DNA of 64,000 bases, taken from contig CM022678.1 of the NCBI GenBank assembly GCA_012295275.1, forward strand, positions 9,858,001 through 9,922,000, given 5' to 3'. Shown here piece by piece: positions 1 to 19,419 of the stretch. This DNA is from Chrysomallon squamiferum (taxonomy: Eukaryota; Animalia; Mollusca). Made by a program: the position numbers and the translations under genes. Under the pieces are notes generated by a model. The model made no database searches and was not told the origin of the DNA. It saw only the letters and a program-made list of their open reading frames with translations. How positions within the stretch are numbered: the stretch's first letter is position 1; the number at the start of each line of letters is the position of its first letter.

Positions 1-460
1 ATTTCATTTTTAGCTCAAAAATGAATACATTATAACTGTCCTAATTTGCAAAATCTGGGTTAATTGTAAATACATACCTGAGATGATCTTACAGGAAATT
101 ACTTCTTTGACAGACCGTATCTTGTCTGCGGCAATGGACAGGAAACCACATGTTGGTCTCAAACCACAATTAATTTCTACAAATTATATAATTATTTTTG
201 TGAGAAACAAACAGAGTAATAACTTGATTAATACTGAATAAAATTAGGTTCGTGTGTGAACTATTTTTACTTTATTAATAAAGTTCAATTTTCTTGTTTT
301 AAATATTATAAATAAATAAATAACTAAACAAACTAATAGGGCTGTTTGAATAGCTATTATATTGAACAGAAAAGTTGTTTATTATTACTTACTTTCTATT
401 ACAGGTATATTTCCTAAATACTTGCTTTCTTTATTTTATTTTATTTTTTATTTTTTCATT
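1..460 (-). repeat. Copy of an unclassified long repeat, with an exon-like piece at 78-177; homologous to 19420-19850 (+)
   Basis: Reverse complement tgtagaaattaattgtggtttgagaccaacatgtggtttcctgtc matches tgtagaaattaatggtggtttgagaccatcatgtggtttcctgtc at about 19715. Also shared: ttcaata(t/g)aatagctatt. Confidence 0.8.
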
Positions 461-2493
461 TTTGTAATACTGATTAACTGTTATTTCTGGATAATTTGTC
501 TCAGTTCAGAAATATATTGTTCTTGGAGCTTATTAATTTCACAATAAATCTTAATAAAAAAAAAAAAAAAAAAATGATAGTTTTCAATTATATTTTATTC
601 TGCTGTATTATATTTATGATCTACTGGATCAGTTACTGAATACGTAAATAAGAGTGGATGAATGAATTGATGTTAGCATGGATCACGAATTTTCAGTGTT
701 GGACTGATGATACGTCTTATTATGTGGATCATGTTCTATAAGCAGTTAAAATTTGTTTCTTCTTGTGTTATTATTTTTAGATAAACAATTTCCTTTTTGT
801 GAGTTCTCAAGTATTTCTCTACAAATCTATGACATTGTAATTATTTGAAATCTGTTGTAACTGTAAAAACTGCAGTGGACTGAGTTCCAATATTTTCTTC
901 GTTTTGATTGAGATCTTTTATTTGATTCTTGAAAAATTCATTATATGTTACTGATAATAATAATAAAAAAAAAAAAAAAATAATAATAATAATAATAATA
1001 AATATATAAATAAATAAGTATTTTGGTTTTTAAAATAATAAACTGAAATATAACTACCTGTCAGTTTTGTAAATCCACCTAAGTTAAAAACTAAATCTCA
1101 TCATATGTGTAGCAACACTGGCTGCAATATAAAATACTACTCATAATTTAGATATATTTTGAACATTTGATTATATAAATATTTGGAGAAAAAAAGAAAA
1201 AAAAAAAAAAAGACTTTTCCACGTACAACAAAATCAATTTGACAATTCTACTTTCATTCCCAAATTTGTTCTCGGTCATATATATAATCTTGAGATTTGA
1301 TTTCTCAGTCATGAAGTTCATAAAAATTAAATAATCCCCTATAGTTTTAAATAATACAGTAACAAAAATTAACAGTATTTATTAAAACTGATGGTTTTGC
1401 AAGTATATACACACCAAAGTACAATATTGGCTGCTTCAGAGATATAAACAAACAGTAAGAGAAGGTAAACCTATTTTCATGTGAGCATCCATGTAGAGAT
1501 TTTTATTTTCTCTTGCACTGACCCAACACAGCTGATCTTCAGATGATTTTCTGCAGTCAGTTCAGTTTAATTTAAATAGGTATTAATAACAATAAACACA
1601 AGAACAAGAACATAAATAAATAAATTAATTAATTAATTAATTAAATGTAAAAATCTGAAATAAGAAATAAATAAAATACAACATAATAATAATAATAATA
1701 ATAAAAATTCACACAAATCCTCCAACAATCCCCCTACAATAAATTTTGTTTTATTGTTAATATTAACTATTTATTATTGTGGCTGTTGTTGTTATTCTTA
1801 TTCTTTTTCTCTCTCTCTCTCTCTTTTTTTATCTGTTAAGAAATGTTTGGTTTTTTTTAATCATTAATTAAATAATTAATTAATTTTATCATTCTACCCT
1901 TTGTAATGAATCTTAACTCATAACGAAATAATAAATAACCGAAAAAAAAATAATAATAATAATAGAAAGAAATACCCGGCTATTTCTAAACCACACCTGA
2001 ATCTCCATTTTTCTATGGCTCCGACTGTAGTCATAATAAAGCTTTTTATTGTACTGCTAGAACAACAACAACTAAATAAATTAATTGATTAAAATATAAA
2101 ATACAAACAAACAGCATCACTTCGCCATCATAACAAGACGCCAGAGGATAAAACAGCAGCTAAAATATTTAGTCACTGTTGTTTTCTTACGATGCGTGAC
2201 AGTTTACCCAAAACAATAAAATAATAACTTGCAAGTACAAAGATTTTTATTGTTGTTGTTGTATTCACACTTTAAAATAATGAGACGGTTATAACCTTAA
2301 TTGTATTTCTCAGCCTCTTGTAACAACAATACGACTGTGATATGCAATAATAATGATAAATGAGTTGGTCGAGCTATAATTTCTGAATAACGTTTGTAAG
2401 GTGGGGAAAGTTACTAACAATTAGTAATTGTTAACAGTGTAACAACTCGCTCTGAGTAGTTGGTCAAATTCAGACTAAATTACTTTTTTAATA

Positions 2494-2546
<53 letters not shown>

Positions 2547-2821
2547 ATTTTATATTAAAAATCCATAACTTTCGAACAATTTGACTCACAATTTTAAATA
2601 TTTTGTTTCTGAAATCAGGATAAAAAGATCTACAGTTATAATTAACAACACCCCCAACAACAAACAACAACAACAACAATAGTATAGATAAAGAAAAAGT
2701 AACACTGATAATCAAAATAACTGAAAAATAAATATGTTTAAAAAGCTATGACATAATAAAACAGCAAAAAAAAAAAATTTAAAATAATAAATTTAATGAT
2801 ATGAAATCACATAAACTTTAA

Positions 2822-2856
<35 letters not shown>

Positions 2857-3060
2857 AATGTTGCCGTTGTTGCCGTTGTACCGGCGTTGTTTCTAACGTT
2901 ATTCCAGTACACTTCATTATTCCTTTTGGTTTTCTTTCCGTGTCCAATATATACTAAAATATATTATTATTATCTCTGCTAATGCCGCCGTCGTTGGCGT
3001 CGTAACGTTCTGATTATTCTTTTCCTTTTTGATTAACTATTATTCATACTTTAATGATCA
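2857..3060 (+). repeat. Degenerate 125-150 bp satellite-like repeat, CpG-rich form
   Basis: Unit begins taatgtcgccgtcgttgccgtcgta..ggcgttgtt and continues ttattaactattattcatact; the same family occurs at 6110-6720 and 13700-15270. Confidence 0.8.
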
Positions 3061-3421
3061 GCTCGAGAGTGGTGTTACGGGTTCTTGTTTCACAGAATGA
3101 TCTGGCGACAGACGTACGTCTAGCGGCAAGGTTCGTAACACGTCGTCAAATAACTCGAGTCCCGTTCCTTGTTATAAAAGCCCGAAGGTTTGTTTGTTAA
3201 GGATACGACAGCCACGCCCACTGACCTGTCAGAAAGCGTGCCTGACGTAGTCGTGCCTCACAACAGCTCGCTCTGATTAGCATGTTAAATTTTTCCATTT
3301 CCATGTATTACGGCAGAACAGATTGGAAATGTGTTGTTAACTCACAGTGCAGAAACTACGTCGTGTCTGTGGACAACATGTTCCAGCCGGCAGAACTGAT
3401 GCAGCAACAACCACGCGGCCG

Positions 3422-3671
3422 TTTCATTCCAGTACATCCAAGAGAACCGCGATGACGTAGGATTTCATTTCAGTAAATCCAAGAGAACTGCCATGAGTAG
3501 GATTTCATTCCAGTACATCCAAGAGAACTGTCATGAGTAGGATTTCATTCCAGTACATCCAAGAGAACTGCCATGAGTAGGATTTCATTCCAGTACATCC
3601 AAGATAACTGTCATGAGTAGGATTTCATTCCAGTACATCCAAGAGAACTGTCATGAGTAGGATTTCATTCC
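3422..3671 (+). repeat. 40-bp minisatellite, about 6 copies
   Basis: Unit gtaggatttcattccagtacatccaagagaactg(t/c)catga. Confidence 0.95.
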
Positions 3672-3684
3672 GCTCCTAGGACGT

Positions 3685-4105
3685 CAGATGAAATTGAGAG
3701 ATCTGCTCACAACGCTGCACGCGCTGTATTCCTCACCACACGACTCAGTCGTTTTTATTTCCCAGTACACTCAGAGTATTTGTCGTCTGTAGCCTAAACT
3801 AGGATTGGCTTCAGAAAATACTGAAAACAGTGATGTACAAAAGGTGGCAAGTCGTGCTTCAGCCCTTCCGATGATGCCGCTGGACAAAGTTGAGGATGTT
3901 TTGACACAGTTGCCGACAGTCCCCAGAATGAAAAGGTAACATTGCTGATGGACTACGTCACTAACACCTGGATGAAAGGGACCTGAACTCCAGAAATGTA
4001 GAAACACTTTGGCAATGACTGTCACCGAACAAATAACCACTTGGAAGGATGGCGCCATGAAATCAATCAACTCGCACAGAAGAGTCATCCGACCACATCG
4101 AGAAC
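3685..4105 (+). mobile_element. MULE/Mutator transposase remnant (DDE C-terminal part), with frameshifts and stops
   Basis: Plus-strand translation across frames: AHNAARAVF..QYTQSI..KLGLASE..ASALPMMPLDKVEDV..LLMDYVTNTW..RTNNHLEGWRHEINQLAQKSHP. RTNNxxEGWH..HP is the MULE catalytic-E motif. Confidence 0.88.
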
Positions 4106-4708
4106 TTTAAAATAAATCACCTTCGTTTGCTTTTCTTTTTCATTTTTTCATCATTTCTTTCTTTCTTTATTTATTTATTTACTAATTTGTTTCTTTATTT
4201 GTTTATTTATTCTGTGTTTTGTTGTTCTCTCATGATTGTACTTCTCTTTGAATATTTAATTTCAGGTACATTTTGTAACAATTGTAGTCTCCGTTATTGT
4301 CATTATTGTACGTTTTGCGTTCAAAATGAATCGTGGAACTGAATTATGGAGACAATTAATGTATTACTGAAATTTGAATAAAAATGTTATGCTATTTTTA
4401 TAGTGAATAGTTTGTTGTATTAACATATACAAATTAACATACAGAAAGATAGACACACAGACATACGACGTAAGGATAGATTTACACCAGAGCGTTAAAA
4501 CTTAGGTATATTGTTGTATATCATTTTAAAATTTTAATTTGTTTTATTTATTTGTAATACCAACAACATATCCACTGAAACGAACTCTTACTGCTAACAA
4601 GTGCATTGTGGTACAGAAAGTAGTTCATTGTTACCTTTTGACTCACACACTGTCAACCAGGTAAGAGGGAATTTAATGAGTACAGGGACGTAGATAGATC
4701 CTAATTAG

Positions 4709-5616
4709 TATACAAGTTTTTCTACGTCCCAAAGATACAGTGACAGATAGATTAACAAGAAATCCCGCGACGTAGAATTCATTTTAGCACCATTTATACA
4801 AGCTTTTCTACATCCCAAAGATACAGTGACAGATAGATTAACAAGAAATCCCGCGACGTAGAATTCATTTTAGCACCATTTATACAAGCTTTTCTACATC
4901 CCAAAGATACAGTGACAAATATATTAACAAGAAATCCAGCGACGTAGAATTCATTTTAGCACCATTTATACAAGTTTTTCTACGTCCCAAAGATACAGTG
5001 ACAGATAGATTAACAAGAAATCCCGCGACACAGAATTCATTTTAGCACCATTTATACAAGTTTTTCTACGTCCCAAAGATACAGTGACAGATAGATTAAC
5101 AAGAAATCCCGCGACACAGAATTCATTTTAGCACCATTTATACAAGCTTTTCTACATCCCAAAGATACAGTGACAGATAGATTAACAAGAAATCCCGCGA
5201 CACAGAATTCATTTTAGCACCATTTATACAAGTTTTTCTACGTCCCAAAGATACAGTGACAGATAGATTAACAAGAAATCCCGCGACACAGAATTCATTT
5301 TAGCACCATTTATACAAGCTTTTCTACATCCCAAAGATACAGTGACAAATATATTAACAAGAAATCCCGCGACGTAGAATTCATTTTAGCACCATTTATA
5401 CAAGCTTTTCTACATCCCAAAGATACAGCGTCATATATATTAACAAGAAATCCCGCGACGTAGAACTCATTTTAGCACCATTTATACAAGGTTTTCTACG
5501 TGTCAAAGATACAGTGACAGATAGATTAACAACAAATCCCGCGACGTAGAACTCATTTTAGCACCATCTACACAAGTTTTTCTACATCCAGGGCCATACG
5601 ATGACAAATATATTAA
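4709..5616 (+). repeat. 86-bp minisatellite, about 10.5 copies
   Basis: tacaag recurs at 4711, 4797, 4883 and onward to 5571 (cacaag); each unit carries ttctac(g/a)tc and gac(gt/ac)agaa in inverted orientation. Confidence 0.97.
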
Positions 5617-6109
5617 GGTGGTATTTAATTGAGTTCTCTACAAATGACGTTACTTTTAATGTTACTAGCTGTTTTTATGAATACAGTGTGACTGATATGT
5701 AATAACGAATATTTTGTACAGAATACTATTACAGGGATGATTTTTACACGGCATAATGGAAAAAGAGTTTTGTAGTTTACATGATGTTTTAGATATTTTG
5801 ATATTTAGGATTTCTTCGATAATATAGTTACGCAGATCTAAAACGCTGTAAATTACAATAAAAGGTGAAGCAGTAATATTAACCGAATATTTTAAACAAT
5901 TCAGCTGTTTCCAGACTAACGTCTTATTAACATAACTAGATTACAGACGAGGTTCCTAGAATAAAAGTGAAAAACATGCTGGATTACATTGATATAAATA
6001 AGAAATTATACTGATAATTATAGTTTATGTCGATAACGTTTATTTTATTCGGACACTGAAATTATAATTACTCCTCATCCTTTCACCACCTATTAAAACA
6101 TATTATTGT

Positions 6110-6720
6110 AATTTCTATTAATGTCGCCGTCGTTGCCGTCGAACTGGCGTTGTTCCTAACGTTACTGGTGTACTCCTCATCATTCGTTTTCGTTTTTTAT
6201 TCGCTGTTATTCTTATTTTCTGGCCGAGCCCATCATATATTAAAATATATTATTATTATCTCCATTAATGTCGCTGTCATTACCGTCGCAACGGCGTTGT
6301 TCCCCATGTTCTAGGTGTACTTATCCTTTTTCTTTTGCTTTTTATTAACTATTATTCATGTGTTTTTAGTGTAAAATCCTATGTTAAAAAGTATTATTAC
6401 TATTCTATTAAATATAACTATCGTTGCTAGCTTTCAACGAGTATTTCTCATTATTCTTTACGGCTTTTTTTTTATTAATTCTTCGTCATACTTTCTGAGC
6501 GGGCGCATCATCTACTAAAATATATTATTTTAATTTCTATTAATGTCGCCGTCATTACCGACGTAACAACGTTGTTATCAATGTTTTCGGTGTATTCTCC
6601 TTATTCTTTTGCTTTTTAATAAGTATTATCCATACTTTCTTGATGTCCGCATTACTATTTGTGTTAATATCGCCATATTTGCCGTCGTAACGGCGTTGTT
6701 CCTGGCTTTGTTGGAGTACT
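6110..6720 (+). repeat. Degenerate 125-150 bp satellite-like repeat, about 5 units, CpG-rich form
   Basis: Unit starts ttaatgtcgcc / ttaatgtcgct / ttaatatcgcc at about 6118, 6265, 6540 and 6664. Confidence 0.85.
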
Positions 6721-6913
6721 TCTAATAATGGAAACAAAACTGACTCTTTATAAACTTAATGAAGTTAACATATGGTAGTATTGAAATATTTTGCTCTACA
6801 TCATTTTATAGAATTAGCCGAATTCATCGAAAAGTTGTAAATCAAATTTCTCTTGATATTGCATATGCATTAATGGTCTAAGGGAAATAACCTATTTAAC
6901 CTGTTTGTAAAAT

Positions 6914-7035
<122 letters not shown>

Positions 7036-8427
7036 TTACTTATCTTTATGAAAATAAAATGACGGTTTAGCATATAAAAGACATTTCTTTTGAAGGTGAC
7101 CAATATGTTTACACTACTGACTGATACTCAGTTTTTTTTTTTTATAGGTCTATACTTTTGATTAAATAATATTTTTATTAAACCCTGTTATAATCAGAGA
7201 GAGACGATATTTAATTATAATAATTTCATTTCTTACACCTACAAACAATTTTATAAAGAGAGAGAACAATACTTCCTAATCGATTATTCTATTAAAATGT
7301 TTTTATTGTATCTAGAGGAAAGAAGTTCTAGACATGATTCTGATGTTTAGTTAGTTTTCTTCAAATCACATGGTAACTGTATGGAGAGTATCAGAGATCC
7401 TGGGGTATCTCTAATATTATGCAAACAAAAGTATCAGTCTGTAGTGCAAATTATTGGTCAGCTTCAAACGAAGCGTCTTTTAAATCATATTTCTAAGTGA
7501 GCAGCTGCTGACTGTGTTTCCTTCAGTCTTTTGTCTAAAATATTTAATAATTAATTATTTTACTAATGTTTGCTGTTACAGTTTCTTTAATGTAGTAATA
7601 TAGCATATAGAAAAATATTGATTGTCTTATTCTTACCAAATTTACAGATTTAATTAATATTTGAGAAACAAAACGAAAGTTGACAAATTTAACAATTACT
7701 TTATTTTGTAACATGATTACATTATTTAGCATTAATGTACTATTAATGGAATGACATACGCCCTTTGTGACAGAATCACAAATGACCTTTCTCTCTCAAG
7801 ATGTTTGTTTTTCTGGAAAGAAGAAAATGAGAAACATTTCTCTACCATATATCTACCTTATCTAACATAGTTCTTGAATAAAAGGCAGTCTACAAAAAAC
7901 AAGACATTTTTGATATTTAAAAATGTTCACCTCTTGAAACCTAATAAACCAGAATCTTTCCATTCTGAAAACTGGATTTTCTTTCTAACCTATTAGTCTT
8001 TCTTAACATAAAAAATGCAATAATATAAAATTAATATTTACTTTGATATAACTTTTCTCTCTCGTAAGATATCTGCTTTGCTTTTGTATAAGCAAATATT
8101 TCTTATTTAAAATTTCATTTATCATCAATAATAGACGTGGATTAAAAGGTGTTTGTAAAGTGTCATGCGAGGTCACGATTACGTCATTACTTTTACATAC
8201 TATACCATGTTAAACAAGTTTCTGAGGTGAAGATAATGTTAATTCCTTTTCAAAATAAATAAATAGAAAAAAAAAAGAAGAAACAATTCAGGAAAAGGGG
8301 ACGATTTTGAAATGAATATAAAATATAATATTATTTCCGTTCATTCTACATTTTTGCCTTATAAACTGCGCTGCTGGATAAGCTTAATGTTTCTTTTCTC
8401 TTTTTTTAATCGTTTATTATAAATTAT

Positions 8428-8475
<48 letters not shown>

Positions 8476-8777
8476 TTTTCTAATATGTGGCAAAGTTTAT
8501 ACGAATAAAAATATGACTGATTAAAAAATAACGTGTTATTTTCTTTATCTGCTCGGCGTTACGCAATGTTAATCAGTGAGATGTTGACAGTTTACATTTT
8601 ATATAGACTAATTATCAGTATAATTAGAGAGATGTAACATATTAACCTCACCACTTCCTGTAAAACACCTTTTCTTTTAAAATCTCTAAATAAGAGAATT
8701 TTACTCTCATAGCATCTCTGTAGTTCTAGATATTATGCTTGTAATTATCACATTAAAAAGTAACAGAAAACCACATT

Positions 8778-8874
<97 letters not shown>

Positions 8875-11687
8875 ACAGGATGTTTTCAAATTAAGGTTTT
8901 TAAATACAGTAACCAATATGTTACCGGTTAATCATTTAATTCATATTTAATTTGGATCAGAGTAGATAATTTGAGACTGCTCGACAGAATTTACGTTTTT
9001 ATTTAATACCAGCTGTGCAGCTTATACGAATAAATTCAGTGAAAATTACGTTCTATCTTAGTAACAGCACCACTTTTAACATCGATATTTTATTAAGTTT
9101 ACCTCTGTTTTGCATCATAACAATTATTGATAGTATATATAATTTCAGTATATTTTGGATACAGACAGAGGAATATTATCGGCTTTTACAGAAAAATTTG
9201 GATACTTTTAATAACAGTAAATATATTCGTTCAATTTCAAATTAACTTTGAAAACTGCGATCGTCATAAATCTACCTGAACATCATTTATTATCAAATTA
9301 TAGACAAAATGAATTGATTCTTATAAAGTAAAATCTCAGTTTTCAGCATCACACAAAGCTTTTTAGTGTAATCTGTTCTGTTGTTGATCAAATATCACAT
9401 TAATCTGGATCTGACCTTTTCATTTTATAACGGCATTCAGCAATCGATTTGTAAATTCAGAAATAAATAACTGTTAATACTGAACACGTGAGAAGGTACA
9501 CTTTACTTGAATCATAAAATTTGATTTTCTGTAGCTAACGACATTAAAATTAAAATTCACAGGGACAAGCGAAATTTTCTATTTGAAAAAAAGGCGACGT
9601 AATTCAAGTTAATACATAAAACCAGCGACGTTTATATTATAAATTAATACTGAGTGAAAATAACGTGATGTTTTATTATGTTTACCACTGTTTTGTATCA
9701 TACACAATGCTGATACTTTCACCCATATTTTATTCTACTAAGAGAAATCTTATATAGTTAATATAATTTTAAAGTTACATCATAGAAAGCATACATGGCC
9801 TCCTGAACTAGTGTTTTATGAGATATGAGGATGTTTTTAGTTAGCTAAACGGAATTGATTCATCCTGTTAAAACATAGCAATGTCTTTACTATTATGCAA
9901 ATCTTAATGTTTCTTAATGATTATTTCAGGCATATATTATTTATACTATATCATTCTATTTTTGGTTGAATCTCAGTTTATTCATATAAAACTGAAATCT
10001 AATTTGTTTATAGAACGTAAACTCTGTCCAGCGACACAAATTATGTCTAGAAAACGACACCGTACGTCAAAGTTTCGCGTTTTAGTAAATACTCAAATAC
10101 GATTTTTATCATGACTTGACACCGATTTTTGGAAGAACAAAACTGGACAGCAGAATTTTTACTGAAACACGTGTTATCCAGTCAGTCAGCGAGATGAACC
10201 ATTTATATTATAAGATTATACAATTAGATAAGTTCTGTACATATTCGGCGCTGTTACAGATTAATTCTTAATCAACTGTTGGGAGACTGTACAAGGATTC
10301 TATTATCCACTGTTAAAATAAAATTCATAATTAGACTATTAATGTTCAACTAGGAATAATCTGGAGAGAAATAAGACGTAGCGTTAAAATTGAAAACGTG
10401 AGAAGGATGGTGAAAACTGAGTTACATTTACTTGAACAAAAGCATTTTTTACAGGGACAAGCTAAGTTTTCTATGAGATAACACGCAAATTAATTAACTT
10501 AATTAACCAAATATTTTCAGCATATACAGACCCTGTCCTAGTGAGATAAAATATCATCGCTGCATTATTATGAATGTTTTCTGCAGTGGTTATAACAAAT
10601 TTACTGAAGTTATAATTACAGCCACACCTATACTTATCTCTACAATCTGAGAGTTAGATAGATAGGTAGATAGATAGATAGACAGACAGACAGGTAGATG
10701 GATAGAAAAAAAAGACAAAACTGAACTGAGTAATTAAAATGACCAATAAAAGAAAAGATGTTAAAAGCGATGTTAATATGATAGTATATTATAACGCATG
10801 TACAAACATTTTTTTACACACTCTCATTTGCCTATGAAATGTAAAATGTCTATCTATCTCTATATCCATCCCTAGCTATCTTCAGTGTATCTATCCGTCT
10901 ACTTCTTAACTACACACATAAACACCATCTCACTGACATCAGCTCGTGTATATAACTATCCTCTAAGGCAAACACATAAACCAAACTCTTTCTTTTCTCT
11001 CTCTGTGTGTATGTGTGTGTCTAATCTATCTATTTATCTATTAAAACTGTTTCTTTGTCTATAATGACGACAGTAATAATATCTGACATAACAACATTAA
11101 CGATAAAAACGACAACAATAACTACAATAATACTAATTAAAACGATAAATAAAATAATAATTAATAAAGAATACTGAAACAATGGAAAAAGAAAAGAGTA
11201 AGAAAGGAAATAAAATGATTATTTATATTTATTTTAAAGAAACAGTTACATTAAATAGAAATAAAAAAATAATATATAGGTTTAAATAAAATCACTTTAG
11301 TAAATGTAGTAAATTCAGTGTATTTGTATTCAGCAGACTTAATATGTCACTAATAATATTTCGTCTCTTCTGAGTCTTTCTCATTAATTGAAAAAAAAAA
11401 AAAAAAAAAATTCCCTGTGAATTCCTTTTATATATATATATGAAGTTATTTACAAATTATTTTTATTTGAAATTTTTTATGTATTTGCAGATATCCAATA
11501 CACCATATTTAGGATATTATTTGAAAGCTATTTAATAATAAAAGTTTAAAAAATAATAAAAGCAATGTCAGACCGTCAAAATATTTTAAATTCGACTAAC
11601 AATTTCAAATAGAATACTTATGGTAGCATGGACAATCAGGAACGATTACTCGTAACGGCACAAAGTACGCCGAGCCCACGGAAACTT

Positions 11688-11703
11688 CCGATGGAAATCC
11701 AAG

Positions 11704-11712
<9 letters not shown>
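11688..11712 (+). promoter_or_regulatory. Housekeeping-type promoter / start site: ETS-like CGGAAACTTCCG (about 11679-11690) and YY1-like AAGATGGC over the ATG at 11704
   Basis: Motifs read directly. The local sequence is CpG-rich and precedes a CpG-poor body. ATG 11704 to the GT donor after 11790 is exactly 29 codons (with one internal TAA). Confidence 0.5.
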
Positions 11713-16782
<5,070 letters not shown>

Positions 16783-16889
16783 GTGAGCCTGTCATTACTC
16801 AGTAGACTATGACAAAAACAAAACTGTAAACTATGAATTAATCTAACTACTGTTTAACTTCATAGTGAACTTGGTTATCAAGTCTTTTA

Positions 16890-18795
16890 GGTTTGTGCTG
16901 TAAAAAAGGGTCTACAGCTATTTGGCTGAAACCAAGAACTAGAGTGGGTGTTTTGTCATCAGTGGTAGAGGTAGAAGAGCTTCAGTCAATAAACAACATG
17001 GAGGTAAAATGTAGAAAGACAGGAAAAGGAGAAGAGCTTTTCATGGAGCAGATTACAGTTAGTATACAGAATTCAACAGATTTCATGTTGATATTTCAAA
17101 CTGTGATTATTCTGATGAGCAGAAGAAAAAGTTAGAGAGAATACTTAGCAAATACTCTGATGTTACTTAACTGATGTATTTGGTAAAGATGACCTTGATT
17201 TGATGTTTACTGACATTGTAAAACATAACATACATACAAGTGATAACATTCCAGTGTCACAACCGTACAGAAGAATACCACCCCGTCAGTATCAGAAAGT
17301 TAAGGAGCTGATCAAGAAACTTATGAAGCAAGATGTAATTTGACCCAGCCATAGCCCGTATTGTCCTGTTGTTATAGTCAGGAAAACAGACAACACAATT
17401 AATGTGTGTGTGGTCTACAGGTGGCTGAATACTAAAACTAGAAAAGATTGTTTTCCATTATGTAGAATAGATGAATCATTAGATGCTTTGTATGGAGCAA
17501 AATGGTTCACTACACTGGATATGGCCAGTGGATACACCCAATGGGAAGTTCCAGAGACACCAAAGGACCTGATGTTATTCTGGGGGTTTGCCAGTTAATG
17601 CAGATGTTATGTTAAGGGATTATCAGTTACTGCTGGACCTTTGCATTCTTTGGTGAACAGGTTCCAAATTAAGAAAAATCAAACATTGTTAAAGGGTGCT
17701 TGGGATGAGAGTTATCAAAAAGCTTTCAATACTTTAAAAGAGAAGTTAACTTCAGCTTCAATATCAGGGTAGCTGATTTCAGTGAACCTTTCATTGTGGA
17801 AACTGCTGCAAGTTTTCATGGTGTGGGAGAAGTACTGTCACAGGAGCAGAATGGGCAAAGGAAAGAAATTACATATGCTAGACAGAGCTTGAGACCCACT
17901 GTGAGAAACATGAATAATTACATGAAGTTAGAGCTCGTTGGTCTGAAATGGGCTGAGACTGAAAAGTTTAAAGATTATCTCCTTGGACACAAATTTACAA
18001 TCTATACAGACAGACAACATTCCAGTTAGTCGTCTTGATAACACAAACTTACATGCAGTGGAAGAAACATGGGCATCTCAGCTGGCACAATTTGATTTTG
18101 ATGTGAAATATCGTTCAACACAATAAGAATATCGATGGTCTATCCAGGAAGAAATTTCACAGAATGACATCTACTTCAGTGGAAGCTGCTTTGAGAGATA
18201 CTGCTAGTAGTACAGAAGTTCCACAAACAATGAGACAAGTTATAAAAGGTGGTGGAAGAAAAGTCACACAGTAAACTGTAACAGTGGAACAATTTAATGA
18301 AACTATGGAAGCCACAACATCATCTCCCAGCTTTAGAAGAACTAGCAGTGATGCAGGCAACAGACAAGTTAATAAGCAGATTGTTGCATTACATGGCTAC
18401 CATGCAGAGCTGAGAGAAGATTAGAATAATCAGGTTTCTTCACAATAGGATGGATTATTTCCAGAAAACAAAGTCCTTTACAGAAAAGTAAAGGACCCCA
18501 ACTTTGCAAGTATGAAGCAGACTGTACTACCAGGAATGATGAAGAAGAAAGTTCTGCATAGTTTACATAATCAGACACCAATGTTTTGAAAGAAGCATGA
18601 GTCTTATTAGAAGATGTAACAGGCCTGCAATGCACACAGATGTGGAACAATGGTGTAAAGAGTTTGAAAGGTGTGTGATAGCTAAACTGCCACAACTCAA
18701 ACTGAAATACCTTTGGGACTATTAGACCTCATGAGACTTGGATTTCACAGTGCTGCAGCCATCTTCAAGTGGCAAAGAAAATGTCTTAAACATGA
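16890..18795 (+). mobile_element. Ty3/Gypsy pol remnant (RT N-terminal part, RNase H, start of integrase); no LTRs seen
   Basis: VKHNIHTSDNIPVSQPYRRIPP..PSHSPY..VRKTD..FPLCRIDESLDALYGAKWFTTLDMASGY; RNase H FIVETAAS..GVGEVLSQ..KLELVGLKWA..KFKDYLLGHKFTIYTD; integrase-like ERCVIAKLP and DFTVLQPSSSGKENVL. Domain order RT-RH-IN. Confidence 0.93.
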
Positions 18796-19106
18796 CTTTA
18801 TATTTTCTAGTATTTATTTTGTTTGTAACATTAAAAAGTTCAAGAGACAGACAGAAGAAATATCATCACGTTCCTTCCTCTCTACAAACATAAATACAAT
18901 TATAATTAATAAATACTGTCTTACACTGACTTAGAAAATATCATTTTGTTCTGTAAAACAGAAATGTCTGCAGATTGTGTTGAATGGTTTAATTATCTAA
19001 ATCTGTTGCATTTTCTAGATTCAAGGATTTTCTGTCTGAAATGTTTAATTACGTGTGCACACATGGACAGGAAGACACATTTCACTTTCTTTTATAATGG
19101 AGCCAG

Positions 19107-19321
19107 AAACAGTCTGATGGAAGCACTAATGTGATTTGATTCTGTGCCTACCCACACTTCATACACTGACTTACACATTGACTAGTGAGAAGTGTTTGAT
19201 AATCATACTGAAAACAGTCTGATGGAAGCACTAATGTGATTTGATTCTGTGCCTACCCACACTTCATACACTGACTTACACATTGACTAGTGAGAAGTGT
19301 TTGATAATCATACTGAAAACA
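19107..19321 (+). repeat. Exact 105-bp tandem duplication
   Basis: agtctgatggaagcactaatgtg...aatcatactgaaaac starts at 19111 and at 19216. Confidence 0.95.
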
Positions 19322-19419
19322 CAGCAGTCAGTTTAATTCATAGTTTACAGTTTTCTCTCTCACTTTATTCCAGTGATTAACCACTGTCAAATAAAATACT
19401 TGATAACCAATTTGACTAG

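Noticed and set aside
3771-4088. 105-aa minus-strand ORF
   Set aside because: It is the antisense of the MULE transposase remnant.
3422-5616. 40-bp and 86-bp arrays as CRISPR-like arrays
   Set aside because: Units are contiguous with no unique spacers, there are no cas genes, and the context is eukaryotic.
9070-10480. Short diverged direct repeats (about 9075/9660 and 9485/10395)
   Set aside because: Old local duplications of non-coding DNA with no further structure visible.
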